A stretch of DNA of 32,000 nt from an archaeon. Its GTDB lineage: Archaea > Iainarchaeota > Iainarchaeia > Iainarchaeales > JANQMZ01. Location: the NCBI GenBank assembly GCA_028279805.1, contig JANQMZ010000007.1, positions 120,001-152,000 on the forward strand, given 5' to 3'. A program made the position numbers and the translations under genes. Below the pieces are notes generated by a model. That model did no database searches. It was not told where the DNA came from and was given only the letters and a program-made list of their open reading frames with translations. This document shows positions 1 through 7,904 of this stretch, one piece after another (the first letter of the stretch is position 1; each line of letters opens with the position of its first letter).

Positions 1-1482
1 AACTGTGCTGACAACACTTTTATTGAAGCTTCAAAAAAAAGCATTGGTATCTGGATTATTAATTCTGACATTACGGTTGACAACTGTAACATTAAATCAT
101 CACATTCTTCAAATTATTCTTTTTCCAACGGAATAACACTTGACAGGCGTGCTGACAACGCTTTGATAAAAAACTCAACTGTTTCCAATGCCAGAACAAG
201 AGGAATTTATGCCAACAGGACAAAAATTGTCACACTTGACAACATTAAAATTAATCCTTTGCAGCATTCAAACGGCTTTGTTTCAAGCATCGGAATTTAT
301 TTCAGAGAACAAACAGGGGCATTATTAAAAAATTCCACAATTGACAATTCAGGAATAGGTGTTTACTCTATTCGCGGGAGCACAACTGAAATTGAAAATG
401 TTCAGATTAATCCTGAAAATGAATCAAGCGGAACAGGTTCAAATACAGGCATTTATTTTAACAGAAACCAAAAAAGTGTTCTGAAAGGTTCAACAATTTT
501 AAGCAGTTTAAGGGCTGTCAGAATTTATAATAGAAATTCTGAACTGCAGGCAGGTGAAATAACAAACAATGTTTTGTGCAGTGACAACCCGGCTTCAAAC
601 CATGATTTGTACAGCACAGGCAAAGACCTGCCTCAAACTTTTTTAGACAGCATAACAGGAAACAATTTTGATTCAACAAACATTAAACAAAACTGGGACC
701 CTTGGGAAAACAATTCAAAATGCAATGAGGAACCTCCTCCTCCGCCCCCTCAAAACGAATTAACTGCAACTATGTCTTCAAATCCGGCAACAGGTCCGTC
801 CCCTCTGGATGTAACTTTTAATGCAACCTGTGAAGAATTAATAAATTCTGATCTGCGAAGCTGTTCACTTGATTTTGGAGACAATTCTGCTCCGTACGAT
901 TTTTCAAATTGTTCTTTTCCAGCAAACACATGCTCTGACACTGTGTTGCATACTTACACTGCAACAACTTTTCCTACAAACTATCAGGCAATTTTAACAG
1001 CAACAGATTCAACTTCAACCAAAGATTTTTTTATTATTATAATTGTAACAGAACCACCTGAAGAACCTCCTGAAGAGCCTCCGCCTGAAGAACCGCCTCC
1101 GGAAGAACCTCCGGCACCAACAGAAAAATGCATTGAATTAAATGCACTGGATACAATTTCGGGCAATCCTGTTACAGTTACAGCTGATTGTTCATCTCCT
1201 TTGCAGGGCTCTGAAAAAATTAACCTGACGTTCAGAAACAATTTGGGGCAACAGGTTGATTCCGGAACAATTAATTGCAATTCAACTGATGATTTTTCAC
1301 AATTTAATGAAACCGGAATTTTTTCAGTCCGCGGAATAGACGATGGAGGTTTATGTTCAGATTTGGCTTTTTTTGCAGTAACCGCACCGGTTTCAACTGC
1401 AGGCATTCCTGAAATTCATCCGGTGTTTGCTTTGCTTATAGCATTAAGCGTTTTGTTTATTTTAAGAAATAAAAAACAATGA
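1..1482 (+). CDS. Cell-surface protein, 5'-truncated by the window edge. Parallel beta-helix (PbH1/NosD-like) repeats, PPPPPP linker, PKD-like domain, Glu/Pro-rich linker, Cys-containing Ig-like domain, and a C-terminal IPEIHP + TM + basic-tail sorting signal.
   Basis: Frame 1 is open from nt 1, and the ORF-track start at 163 is only an internal TTG. Periodic N-x-[ST]-[IV]-x-N ... GIY repeats occur roughly every 22-25 aa. PKD-like pattern: PATGPSPLDVTFNA ... HTY ... LTATD. The protein ends AGIPEIHPVFALLIALSVLFILRNKKQ. Clear paralog of 28835..30382. Confidence 0.8.
   Translation, partial: NCADNTFIEASKKSIGIWIINSDITVDNCNIKSSHSSNYSFSNGITLDRRADNALIKNSTVSNARTRGIYANRTKIVTLDNIKINPLQHSNGFVSSIGIYFREQTGALLKNSTIDNSGIGVYSIRGSTTEIENVQINPENESSGTGSNTGIYFNRNQKSVLKGSTILSSLRAVRIYNRNSELQAGEITNNVLCSDNPASNHDLYSTGKDLPQTFLDSITGNNFDSTNIKQNWDPWENNSKCNEEPPPPPPQNELTATMSSNPATGPSPLDVTFNATCEELINSDLRSCSLDFGDNSAPYDFSNCSFPANTCSDTVLHTYTATTFPTNYQAILTATDSTSTKDFFIIIIVTEPPEEPPEEPPPEEPPPEEPPAPTEKCIELNALDTISGNPVTVTADCSSPLQGSEKINLTFRNNLGQQVDSGTINCNSTDDFSQFNETGIFSVRGIDDGGLCSDLAFFAVTAPVSTAGIPEIHPVFALLIALSVLFILRNKKQ
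1051..1118 (+). repeat. In-frame tandem Glu/Pro repeat (EPPEEPPEEPPPEEPPPEEPPAP) forming an acidic proline-rich linker
   Basis: Repeated CCTGAAGA(A/G)CC(T/G)CC units are visible in the nucleotide sequence. The corresponding linker in the paralog at 28835..30382 is short (GEPLPGPGE). Confidence 0.85.
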
Positions 1483-1493
1483 AACAAATTAAT

Positions 1494-1925
1494 TTATTTT
1501 ATTTCAAGTTTGTGTCCTTTGCTTTCATCTTTTCCCGGATGTTTTTTTGGAATTGTTATTGTTAATATTCCATTGTTAAATTCTGCACCTGCCTTTTCAG
1601 CTACAACTTCCGCCGGCAAAGGTAATAATCTGCTGAAAGAAGAATAAGAACGTTCATGATAATAAAATCCTTTTTCTTCCTCTTCTTCTTTTTCAGATGT
1701 TTTTGCACTAATCCTTATTGAATCCGTTTCAACCTGAACATCAATGTTTTCTTTTTTTGCTCCGGGCAGTTCAGCTGTAACCTCAATTGCATCTCCCTTG
1801 TCAGCAATGTCAACCAAAGGCTGCCTTACATTTTTATCCATCGGCATTTCCCAGTTAAGGTTTTCTCCGAACAATCTTTTTCTCAGTTTTTTCATATCTT
1901 CAAATGGGTCCCATGTTTCCCTCAT
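1494..1925 (-). CDS. Small heat-shock protein, Hsp20/alpha-crystallin family
   Basis: Alpha-crystallin domain pattern: VDIADKGDAIEVTAELPGAKKENIDVQVETDSIRISA ... ERSYSSFSRLLPLPAEV ... AEFNNGILTITIPK. A perfect SD (GGAGGTG, complement of 1934-1940) lies 8 nt upstream of the ATG at 1925. The GTG at 1931 used by the ORF track is too close to that SD. Confidence 0.9.
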   Translation of the reverse strand: MRETWDPFEDMKKLRKRLFGENLNWEMPMDKNVRQPLVDIADKGDAIEVTAELPGAKKENIDVQVETDSIRISAKTSEKEEEEEKGFYYHERSYSSFSRLLPLPAEVVAEKAGAEFNNGILTITIPKKHPGKDESKGHKLEIK

Positions 1926-2009
1926 AATCACAACACCTCCATCTTATACATAATTATTTCGCCAAAAAAATTTTTAAACTTATTTAAAATAATTCAAAAA
2001 ATCAGATTT

Positions 2010-2831
2010 TTATATTTTAAATTTGACTCCTTTGAGCTTGTTTTTGTTAATAGTTCCAATAGTAGGCAAATCCAAAGCATGAAGTGTTTTATTTTCTCCA
2101 GGCTCTCTTGCCCTGAGAGCTCCTAAAATTTTGTATTCCTGATTTTTATTTGCAAAATCCAAAACATATGCTAAATTTAAATGTCCTTCAGAATCAATCC
2201 AGATAACCTGTCCTCCTATTCTGATTTTATCTTCCCTAAAAATTTCCGGATGAAGTCCTTTTTTTCCACGCAAGGTTTCCAATCCTCTTACCGCCTGCAT
2301 CATGCTTTCAGCTTCTCTGAATATATCCCTTTCCACATCTTTTAAAAGACCCTGAAGTTTTCTTTCTTCTATTCTTCTTTCCTGTTTTTCAGATCTTTCC
2401 GAATTGTTTTCCCTTATTTTTTCTCTTATGCTTTCCAAAACATTTTCATCTGTTTCACCATGCCTAGCAATAATCTCGCTTACATCATATTGTATAAGCT
2501 CGTCAAGTGTTTCACTTGTTCTGAGTTTTTCTCCAATAGTATGTTCAAAAGCATAAAGCGTTTTGGAAATTTCTATTTCAAGTTCTCTTGCCGCTCTTTC
2601 AACATTTTCAGCTGAAACCGGAATAGTGTGATGCCATCCTCTTTCAAAAGGAGTTTTTCCCAAATCGGGAACAGTAACCTTTAATGCCGCCAGTTCTCCT
2701 CCAACCGGTTCTATTTCTATCCTGTATTCCCTGCCCTCTACGGTTTTGTGTATCGTACGATTTCTTCTTGCTCCTGCATTAGGCCTTGCTCTTCCTCCGG
2801 CACCTCTTCTGAATCCGCCTCTTTTTACCAT
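2010..2831 (-). CDS. Hypothetical protein with an RGG/Arg-rich N-terminus (MVKRGGFRRGAGGRARPNAGARRNR), a charged helical middle and a beta-rich C-terminal region containing DLPTI
   Basis: Long ORF with SD AGGTGA 5 nt upstream of its ATG. Third gene of a tightly spaced three-gene unit. I recognise no family. Confidence 0.6.
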   Translation of the reverse strand: MVKRGGFRRGAGGRARPNAGARRNRTIHKTVEGREYRIEIEPVGGELAALKVTVPDLGKTPFERGWHHTIPVSAENVERAARELEIEISKTLYAFEHTIGEKLRTSETLDELIQYDVSEIIARHGETDENVLESIREKIRENNSERSEKQERRIEERKLQGLLKDVERDIFREAESMMQAVRGLETLRGKKGLHPEIFREDKIRIGGQVIWIDSEGHLNLAYVLDFANKNQEYKILGALRAREPGENKTLHALDLPTIGTINKNKLKGVKFKI

Positions 2832-2872
2832 TTTTTCACCTTATTAAATTATTATTTTCATTATTTAAAAAC

Positions 2873-3418
2873 TTAAAGTAATTCAACTTCTTTTAAATTA
2901 GGAACAGGTTCTTTGCCCTCTTGTAAAATTTCATAGTCTACAATAACAATTTCTCCCATTTCACGTGAATCAATTGTTGGCAAATCTTCCAAATTTTTAA
3001 CAGAACCGGTTTTTTTTTCCTGCCGAAGTATTATAACAACTGCTTCGTTTGATTCTTTTGACACTTTTGTTAAAAAAATTCCAAAAGTTTTTTTTCCATT
3101 ATGTTCAAATCTGACATAATCTCCAAATTTTTCAGGCAGAGTTTGTGTTACAATTCTTTCTTCAATTCCCCGTTTTAAAACTCTTTGACTTTTTTTGCGA
3201 ATGTATTCCATTCTTCCAATAGCTCTGTTTTCTTCTATTAAAGTCATGTTCCTTTTAATTCCAAAAACTCTTTGCAGTTGTCTTCTTAAAACTCCCCTGT
3301 CATTTCCCAAAAGCCTGTCAGTAAAAGCATGAAAATTTTCATGAAAAAAACTAACAGTTCTAACTGAAGGATGTGAATCTGAAAGCCGATTAGTTTTTGC
3401 AAGTCTTGTAAACGGCAT
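2873..3418 (-). CDS. Hypothetical protein with a basic N-terminal half and an SH3/Tudor-like-looking C-terminal region (GDYVRFEHNGKKTFGIFLTKV...AVVIIL) containing DLPTI
   Basis: ORF starts 9 nt after the stop of the upstream gene. SD GAGGT overlaps that stop codon. I recognise no family. Confidence 0.6.
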   Translation of the reverse strand: MPFTRLAKTNRLSDSHPSVRTVSFFHENFHAFTDRLLGNDRGVLRRQLQRVFGIKRNMTLIEENRAIGRMEYIRKKSQRVLKRGIEERIVTQTLPEKFGDYVRFEHNGKKTFGIFLTKVSKESNEAVVIILRQEKKTGSVKNLEDLPTIDSREMGEIVIVDYEILQEGKEPVPNLKEVELL

Positions 3419-3427
3419 TTTTTTACC

Positions 3428-3949
3428 TCATTCAAAAACATGTAAATGTTCTCTTCTGACAAGAACAAATTCTCCACCGAATGGTGCAAATCTTCTGATT
3501 GAATGAACACTGTTTTCTTCTTCTTTTGAAGCCTGATGTATTTTTACAACAAGAGCAATTTGTTTCTGTTCATCAACAAAGCTTACAAAAAATCCTGTTG
3601 TCAATTTTTTATTTTCTTTCCATGCAATTCCTTGAGCCGGTTTTGGTTCTTCCACAGGTTCAATTTTTTCTATTCGAACGGTTTCAATATTGGCAAGGTT
3701 TTCTACTTGTTCAAAAAGCTTTCCGATTGCCAGATATGATTCCTGAGTTGAAAATAAACCATGTTCATCTGCTTTAAAAATTTCCATAACACTTTTTTCA
3801 ATCAATTCTCTTTCTTTTCCTTTAAATCCGTCAAGAAATCTTTTAAGGCTGTTTTCAAAAACATCAATGCCTTTTATTCCCTCTGCTGCTTCAAACACTG
3901 GTCTTGATTCGTTTTCTCTTGAAGTCCTTTCTCTCTTGTTACGGTGCAT
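3428..3949 (-). CDS. Hypothetical protein with a basic N-terminus (MHRNKRERTSRE), a helical middle and a beta-rich C-terminus
   Basis: An ATG at 3949 is preceded by SD GGTGA (complement of 3955-3959) with 5-nt spacing. The ORF-track TTG at 3961 sits upstream of that SD. First gene of the three-gene unit. Confidence 0.6.
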   Translation of the reverse strand: MHRNKRERTSRENESRPVFEAAEGIKGIDVFENSLKRFLDGFKGKERELIEKSVMEIFKADEHGLFSTQESYLAIGKLFEQVENLANIETVRIEKIEPVEEPKPAQGIAWKENKKLTTGFFVSFVDEQKQIALVVKIHQASKEEENSVHSIRRFAPFGGEFVLVRREHLHVFE

Positions 3950-4062
3950 TTTTCTCACCAATAATAAAAGTGTTTTTGGGGCTTTAAAAACCTTTTTTAA
4001 TTGCTTTTTAAAGAAAACAATTAAATACTAATTTTGAGTGTTTTTTTGTCATAATCTGTATC

Positions 4063-4884
4063 CTAATTTTTAAATTTTTTAATTTTTTTAAACGGTCCTG
4101 AAAATTCCACAACTGATTCTTCTATTTTGATTTTTAAATCTTCAACAAAAATTGAAATAACCAGTTTATCATTCCTCTCAAACTCGGATTCAATGTCTTG
4201 TAATAATTCTTTTAACTTGTTTTTTGGAAAAAACACATCATCTCCTTTTTTTTTGCCTTCAAGATTTTCAGCAATAATGTTTAACAAGGTTTCCGAATTG
4301 CTTTCAAAAAAAATTTCTTTTTGTTTTGTTTTTTTTGCGATTTCCAGAATTTTTTCCTTTGCTTCCTTGCTCCAGTTAAATTTAAATGAATCCCTGAAAT
4401 TTAATTTTTTCAGTTTTTCAATATGGTTTTCCAATGCAGAAGAAACTATTTCAAATTTTTTTTTCTTGTCTTCCACTTCTTTGAAAATTTTTTCCAAATC
4501 TGAAACATGAAAAGAAACACTGTTTCTTGCAACATTTAACAAGTCTTTGTCTTCTTCGGAACGCTGAATTGTTGTTGCAAGATTTTTAACAATCTGGCTT
4601 ACATTTTTAGCCTGCTGGTCAAACAAAACCGATTCATTTAATTTTAAAACAAGCTTGTTTTTCATGTTTTTATTAAGCAATTCTTCTCCAGCTTTTGTTA
4701 TGAAAATTTTTTGCTTTTCTTTTTCAATCAGGCCAAGAGCGTTCAAATCTTTTAAGCTTCTGCTTAAAGCGGCTCTTGCAGAATTAATATTTGAATAATT
4801 TGATGTTGTCCTGCTTAACAATTCATTATAATCAATTCCGTCACTATGCTTAACCATTAACAAAATTGTTTCACGGGCTGTCAT
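4063..4884 (-). CDS. Putative winged-helix DNA-binding protein with a long Lys/Glu-rich coiled-coil C-terminal part
   Basis: The N-terminal ~70 aa look like a MarR/ArsR-type wHTH (DGIDYNELLSRTTSNYSNINSARAALSRSLKDLNALGLIEKE..KIFITKAGEELL). The remainder is predicted helical by composition. Assignment by eye only. Confidence 0.5.
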   Translation of the reverse strand: MTARETILLMVKHSDGIDYNELLSRTTSNYSNINSARAALSRSLKDLNALGLIEKEKQKIFITKAGEELLNKNMKNKLVLKLNESVLFDQQAKNVSQIVKNLATTIQRSEEDKDLLNVARNSVSFHVSDLEKIFKEVEDKKKKFEIVSSALENHIEKLKKLNFRDSFKFNWSKEAKEKILEIAKKTKQKEIFFESNSETLLNIIAENLEGKKKGDDVFFPKNKLKELLQDIESEFERNDKLVISIFVEDLKIKIEESVVEFSGPFKKIKKFKN

Positions 4885-4987
4885 GTTAATAAGAATTTGA
4901 TAAGGTGTTTTTTTATCTGTTTCTTTTTGGTTTTAAAACTTGTTTAAATTTTTTTTTTTTAATTAAACCAGATTTTTTTTGTTTTGT

Positions 4988-6160
4988 TTATTTAAGCCTG
5001 GCATAACTCCAGGGAACATTAAATGCCCTGCAGTGAATTGACACAGATTTGAAATCGTTAATGTTCAGTTCACTGGGAATTTCATAAACCTGTTTTCCAA
5101 CAGTACTTTTAAGTTCTCCTAACTTAATTCCGTTGCTGATGTCGTCTCTTTTTGTAGGCTCTGAATTTCTGGTTAAGTAAACCACTAAATCGGGACCGTT
5201 TGGAGTTTCAAAATTATCCTGAAATACAACAAAAAATATTCCATCTCTTTGTTCTATTTGAACACTTCCTGATGTCATGTAATTAATGGGTTCAAATGAA
5301 GAGGATTGCATCATTTCACCTGAAAAATCCTGATCAGCTTCAACAACAGTGGTTAATACATCAGGATCTCCCCCTTCTTTTTCCATGAACTCTTTCATTT
5401 CTGCAACTGCTTTTTCAATTGAATTATCAATAGTTTTTTGTTGTTCCATGGCCGCCGGTGCAAAAAATGCAAAGTATCCGATAAACAAGTATAAAAGTAT
5501 TACAAAAAAACCAATTTTTGTTCCCAATCCGGAAAAGCTTACTTTGAATGAATGCTTCAAAAACCAATACAATTCTCCTGACAGTGCGAGAAAAGTCACT
5601 CCTAACAATAAGTAACCTGCCAAATTATTTAACAATTCCGGATTAATTAATAAAAAATGAAATATTGCAAACAAATACCCAAAGTATACAAACCTGTGCA
5701 ATGTTTTCCAGTTTTTTCCCAGTTTAACATAAGCCACGTCATTTGAAGTTAAAGCCATTAACATAAAAACCGGAAGCGCAAGCACTCCGAATAAAAGCGG
5801 GTTTTCAATCGGATTTAAACTCCAAAAAATGTTTGAAATTTCCCAGTTGAAAAAGAATGTTAGAACACTTAGCACGTGAAACAAAATAAATATTGACCCG
5901 ATTACTCCGAAAGCTCTTCTTGTTCCCCAGTGAATTCCCAGTTCAGGTTTCCATCTCATGATTGAACTTATTATCAATGCACATCCGATAAATGTTGCTC
6001 CGCTTAATGCAAAACTTCTTACCAGTGACCCGTTTAATTCACCCGGAATTAAAATATAAAACTGGTAAAAAAATTCAGCCATGAAAAACAATAATGAAAA
6101 AAAACTGAATTTTAACACAAATTTCCAGTTTTTAATTGCGCCTTCAAATAATTTTGCCAT
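4988..6160 (-). CDS. Membrane protein fusing an N-terminal ferric-reductase-like (YedZ/MsrQ-type) transmembrane domain to a C-terminal DM13 domain
   Basis: About 6 TM helices with conserved-looking His residues in the helices (ILFHVLSVL; LHRFVYFGYLFAIFHFLL), followed by one more TM. The C-terminus follows the DM13 pattern: FETPNGPDLVVYL ... LGELKSTVGKQVYEIP ... FKSVSIHCRAFNVPWSYARL. Confidence 0.7.
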   Translation of the reverse strand: MAKLFEGAIKNWKFVLKFSFFSLLFFMAEFFYQFYILIPGELNGSLVRSFALSGATFIGCALIISSIMRWKPELGIHWGTRRAFGVIGSIFILFHVLSVLTFFFNWEISNIFWSLNPIENPLLFGVLALPVFMLMALTSNDVAYVKLGKNWKTLHRFVYFGYLFAIFHFLLINPELLNNLAGYLLLGVTFLALSGELYWFLKHSFKVSFSGLGTKIGFFVILLYLFIGYFAFFAPAAMEQQKTIDNSIEKAVAEMKEFMEKEGGDPDVLTTVVEADQDFSGEMMQSSSFEPINYMTSGSVQIEQRDGIFFVVFQDNFETPNGPDLVVYLTRNSEPTKRDDISNGIKLGELKSTVGKQVYEIPSELNINDFKSVSIHCRAFNVPWSYARLK

Positions 6161-6191
6161 GACGAAGTAACGTTAAATAATATTAAAAAGT

Positions 6192-6215
6192 AATGGCAAA
6201 CAAAATTTTGCCATT
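6192..6215 (-). terminator. Terminator-like hairpin immediately after the stop codon of the 6216..6905 gene
   Basis: Perfect 9-bp inverted repeat AATGGCAAA / TTTGCCATT with a 6-nt loop. On the minus strand it is followed by ACTTTTTAATATT. Confidence 0.5.
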
Positions 6216-6905
6216 TTATGATTCCCTGTTCTGGTAAACCATAATGGCTTGTTCTGCTGCTTTTACAACATTAACTTCGTAAAATTGTTTTCTTTCTTTG
6301 TTGATTATGATTAAAACTTGCACTACAAAACCCTCAACCAGTTCCGGACTGGATAAAATTGTTCTATAAAGCCGAGGCTGACTTTCTTTTATGCTTTGAA
6401 ATCTGTTCCCGATTGATTTAGCTTCTTTTGCTTTTTTTAGTAATAAACCTGATTTTTTTCTCATCCTTGCAGGAGTTTCCCTTTTTACTTTTACAAGAAA
6501 ATACTGCAAAGCAATAGGATTTTGTAAAAGCTGGTTATGCAGTTTTTCATCAATCAGTTTTAAATGTTCTAAAATTTTAATAATATTTACATTTCCGTTT
6601 TTAACAAGCCGCCTTATTAACTCTGATTCAATTAAACTAAACGCAATGTTTTCAATTTGTTGTCTTCCTGAATTTTCTTCATCAAGTTTTTTAAGTTCTT
6701 CAGCAAATTTTTGCAAAATTCTTTCATTTCCTTCAAAATATTCTTCAAAATGTTCACGATATTTTTCTTTAAATCCTTGAATAAGTAATTCTTCTCTTGA
6801 CAGTTCCACTATTCGCATCGGTTTTGCTTTAGGTTTTTCAGTTTTTGGTTCTACTTTCAAAAAATTTCCAAACAAGTTAAGCAGTCTTTTCATGATAAAA
6901 ACCAT
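6216..6905 (-). CDS. Hypothetical helical protein, paralog of the adjacent upstream gene
   Basis: Its ATG directly abuts the TAA of the upstream gene (TAAATG). It shares the block LEHLKLIDEKLHNQLLQNPIALQYF with LEYLGTIDQQLHEKLMQNPTALILF of the neighbour. Confidence 0.6.
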   Translation of the reverse strand: MVFIMKRLLNLFGNFLKVEPKTEKPKAKPMRIVELSREELLIQGFKEKYREHFEEYFEGNERILQKFAEELKKLDEENSGRQQIENIAFSLIESELIRRLVKNGNVNIIKILEHLKLIDEKLHNQLLQNPIALQYFLVKVKRETPARMRKKSGLLLKKAKEAKSIGNRFQSIKESQPRLYRTILSSPELVEGFVVQVLIIINKERKQFYEVNVVKAAEQAIMVYQNRES

Positions 6906-7457
6906 TTATTTTCTTTTTGATTTTGATAAAGCTCTTTTTGCAATATCAATTAATCCCTGCGAATTGGCTTCAAGGGTTGAAAATCTTGTCCTGTCATTCT
7001 GATATAATGCTTTTAAGCTTCTGTCAAACAGAATTAATGCTGTAGGATTTTGCATTAATTTTTCATGTAATTGTTGGTCAATCGTTCCCAAATATTCAAG
7101 CAACCTCCGGTTAGTGGAATGCATTTTGTTTATAATTCTTCCAATGGTTCCAGCTAGTTTGAATGTTTTTACATTCCCAAAAATTTTTGATCCAAGGGTC
7201 ACCAAGTCTTGTGCTGGAATAGAATCAGTTTGTTCTAATCTTTCTTCAATTGCTTCAATGAAGTTTCCAAGTCTTCCGGGAGCTTGCATAAATCTTCCAT
7301 AAAGCATAGAATCTTCTTTTCTATAGATTTCTAAAACTCTTCTTACCTCTGCACTTGTTTCTGCAAGAATTTCATAACAAACAGGATTGATATACCACGG
7401 TCTTATATGTCCTGCTTTTAGGCTTTTTCTAGTTTGTCTTGGATGCTCTCTAACCAT
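6906..7457 (-). CDS. Hypothetical helical protein, paralog of 6216..6905
   Basis: ORF is open from the TTG at 7478, and the first ATG is at 7457 (MVREHPRQ...). It lies 40 nt downstream of the rpl44e stop on the same strand. Confidence 0.6.
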   Translation of the reverse strand: MVREHPRQTRKSLKAGHIRPWYINPVCYEILAETSAEVRRVLEIYRKEDSMLYGRFMQAPGRLGNFIEAIEERLEQTDSIPAQDLVTLGSKIFGNVKTFKLAGTIGRIINKMHSTNRRLLEYLGTIDQQLHEKLMQNPTALILFDRSLKALYQNDRTRFSTLEANSQGLIDIAKRALSKSKRK

Positions 7458-7497
7458 GTTAAAAAAATAGAAAACCAAGTATAAAATTCTTTGTTAA

Positions 7498-7776
7498 CTA
7501 GTTTGCAACTTCTATTTTTTTCATTCTTTTTGGAATAACAAAATAGTGTTTTGCTTTGCATTCAGAACATTCTGCAATAAATGTTGCTTTTTTTGTTTGT
7601 TTTCTTACAGTTGCAGTAAACTGGTATTTTCCCTTAATTCCTTTTTTCTTTTCAACATTTCTTCTTTGACCACGGGCCAGTCCTCGTGCGCGGCCGCTTT
7701 TCCAGACTTTCATTTTATGCAGAGTATGCTTGTTGCACTTTTTGCAGTAATCGTTTGTTTCTTTTGGAACTTTCAT
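7498..7776 (-). CDS. rpl44e: 50S ribosomal protein L44e (eL42)
   Basis: 92 aa. Zn-ribbon CxxC...CxxC (CKKCNKHT ... CSECKAK) and a KSGRARGLARGQRRNVEKKKG core typical of eL42. Confidence 0.93.
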   Translation of the reverse strand: MKVPKETNDYCKKCNKHTLHKMKVWKSGRARGLARGQRRNVEKKKGIKGKYQFTATVRKQTKKATFIAECSECKAKHYFVIPKRMKKIEVAN

Positions 7777-7904
7777 TAAAACACCGTTTTTTTATAGCAA
7801 CACTATAAAATCAGAGTATAACCCATTATTAGGCGGAATGCTTTTTAATACTTGTTCTTAATATTAGCTTAATAGCTGTTTTTTTGCTATTTAAGGTGTT
7901 AATT
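7777..7904. promoter_or_regulatory. Divergent promoter region between rpl44e (-) and rps8e (+)
   Basis: A/T-rich TATA-like elements TTTTTTTATAG (7787-7797) and CTATAAAAT (7803-7811). SD AAGGTG at 7893-7898 precedes the rps8e start. Confidence 0.4.

Noticed and set aside
3966-3975. AAACACTTT as a purine/folate-specific operator
   Set aside because: The same 9-mer or its near variants also occur next to the TATA-like element of the unrelated 3949 operon. They are also found inside coding sequence (for example nt 14-22 and about 3787-3795). It is therefore more likely a general A/T-rich promoter-proximal sequence. The purS-upstream copy (AAACGCTTT) is better explained as one arm of the 30368..30398 hairpin.
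4949-4960. T12 homopolymer in the spacer between the DM13 gene and the wHTH gene as a terminator or phase-variation tract
   Set aside because: Both flanking genes are on the minus strand, where the tract reads as A12, so it is not a U-tract terminator. It is intergenic, so slippage would not shift a reading frame. Most likely it is just A/T-rich promoter DNA.
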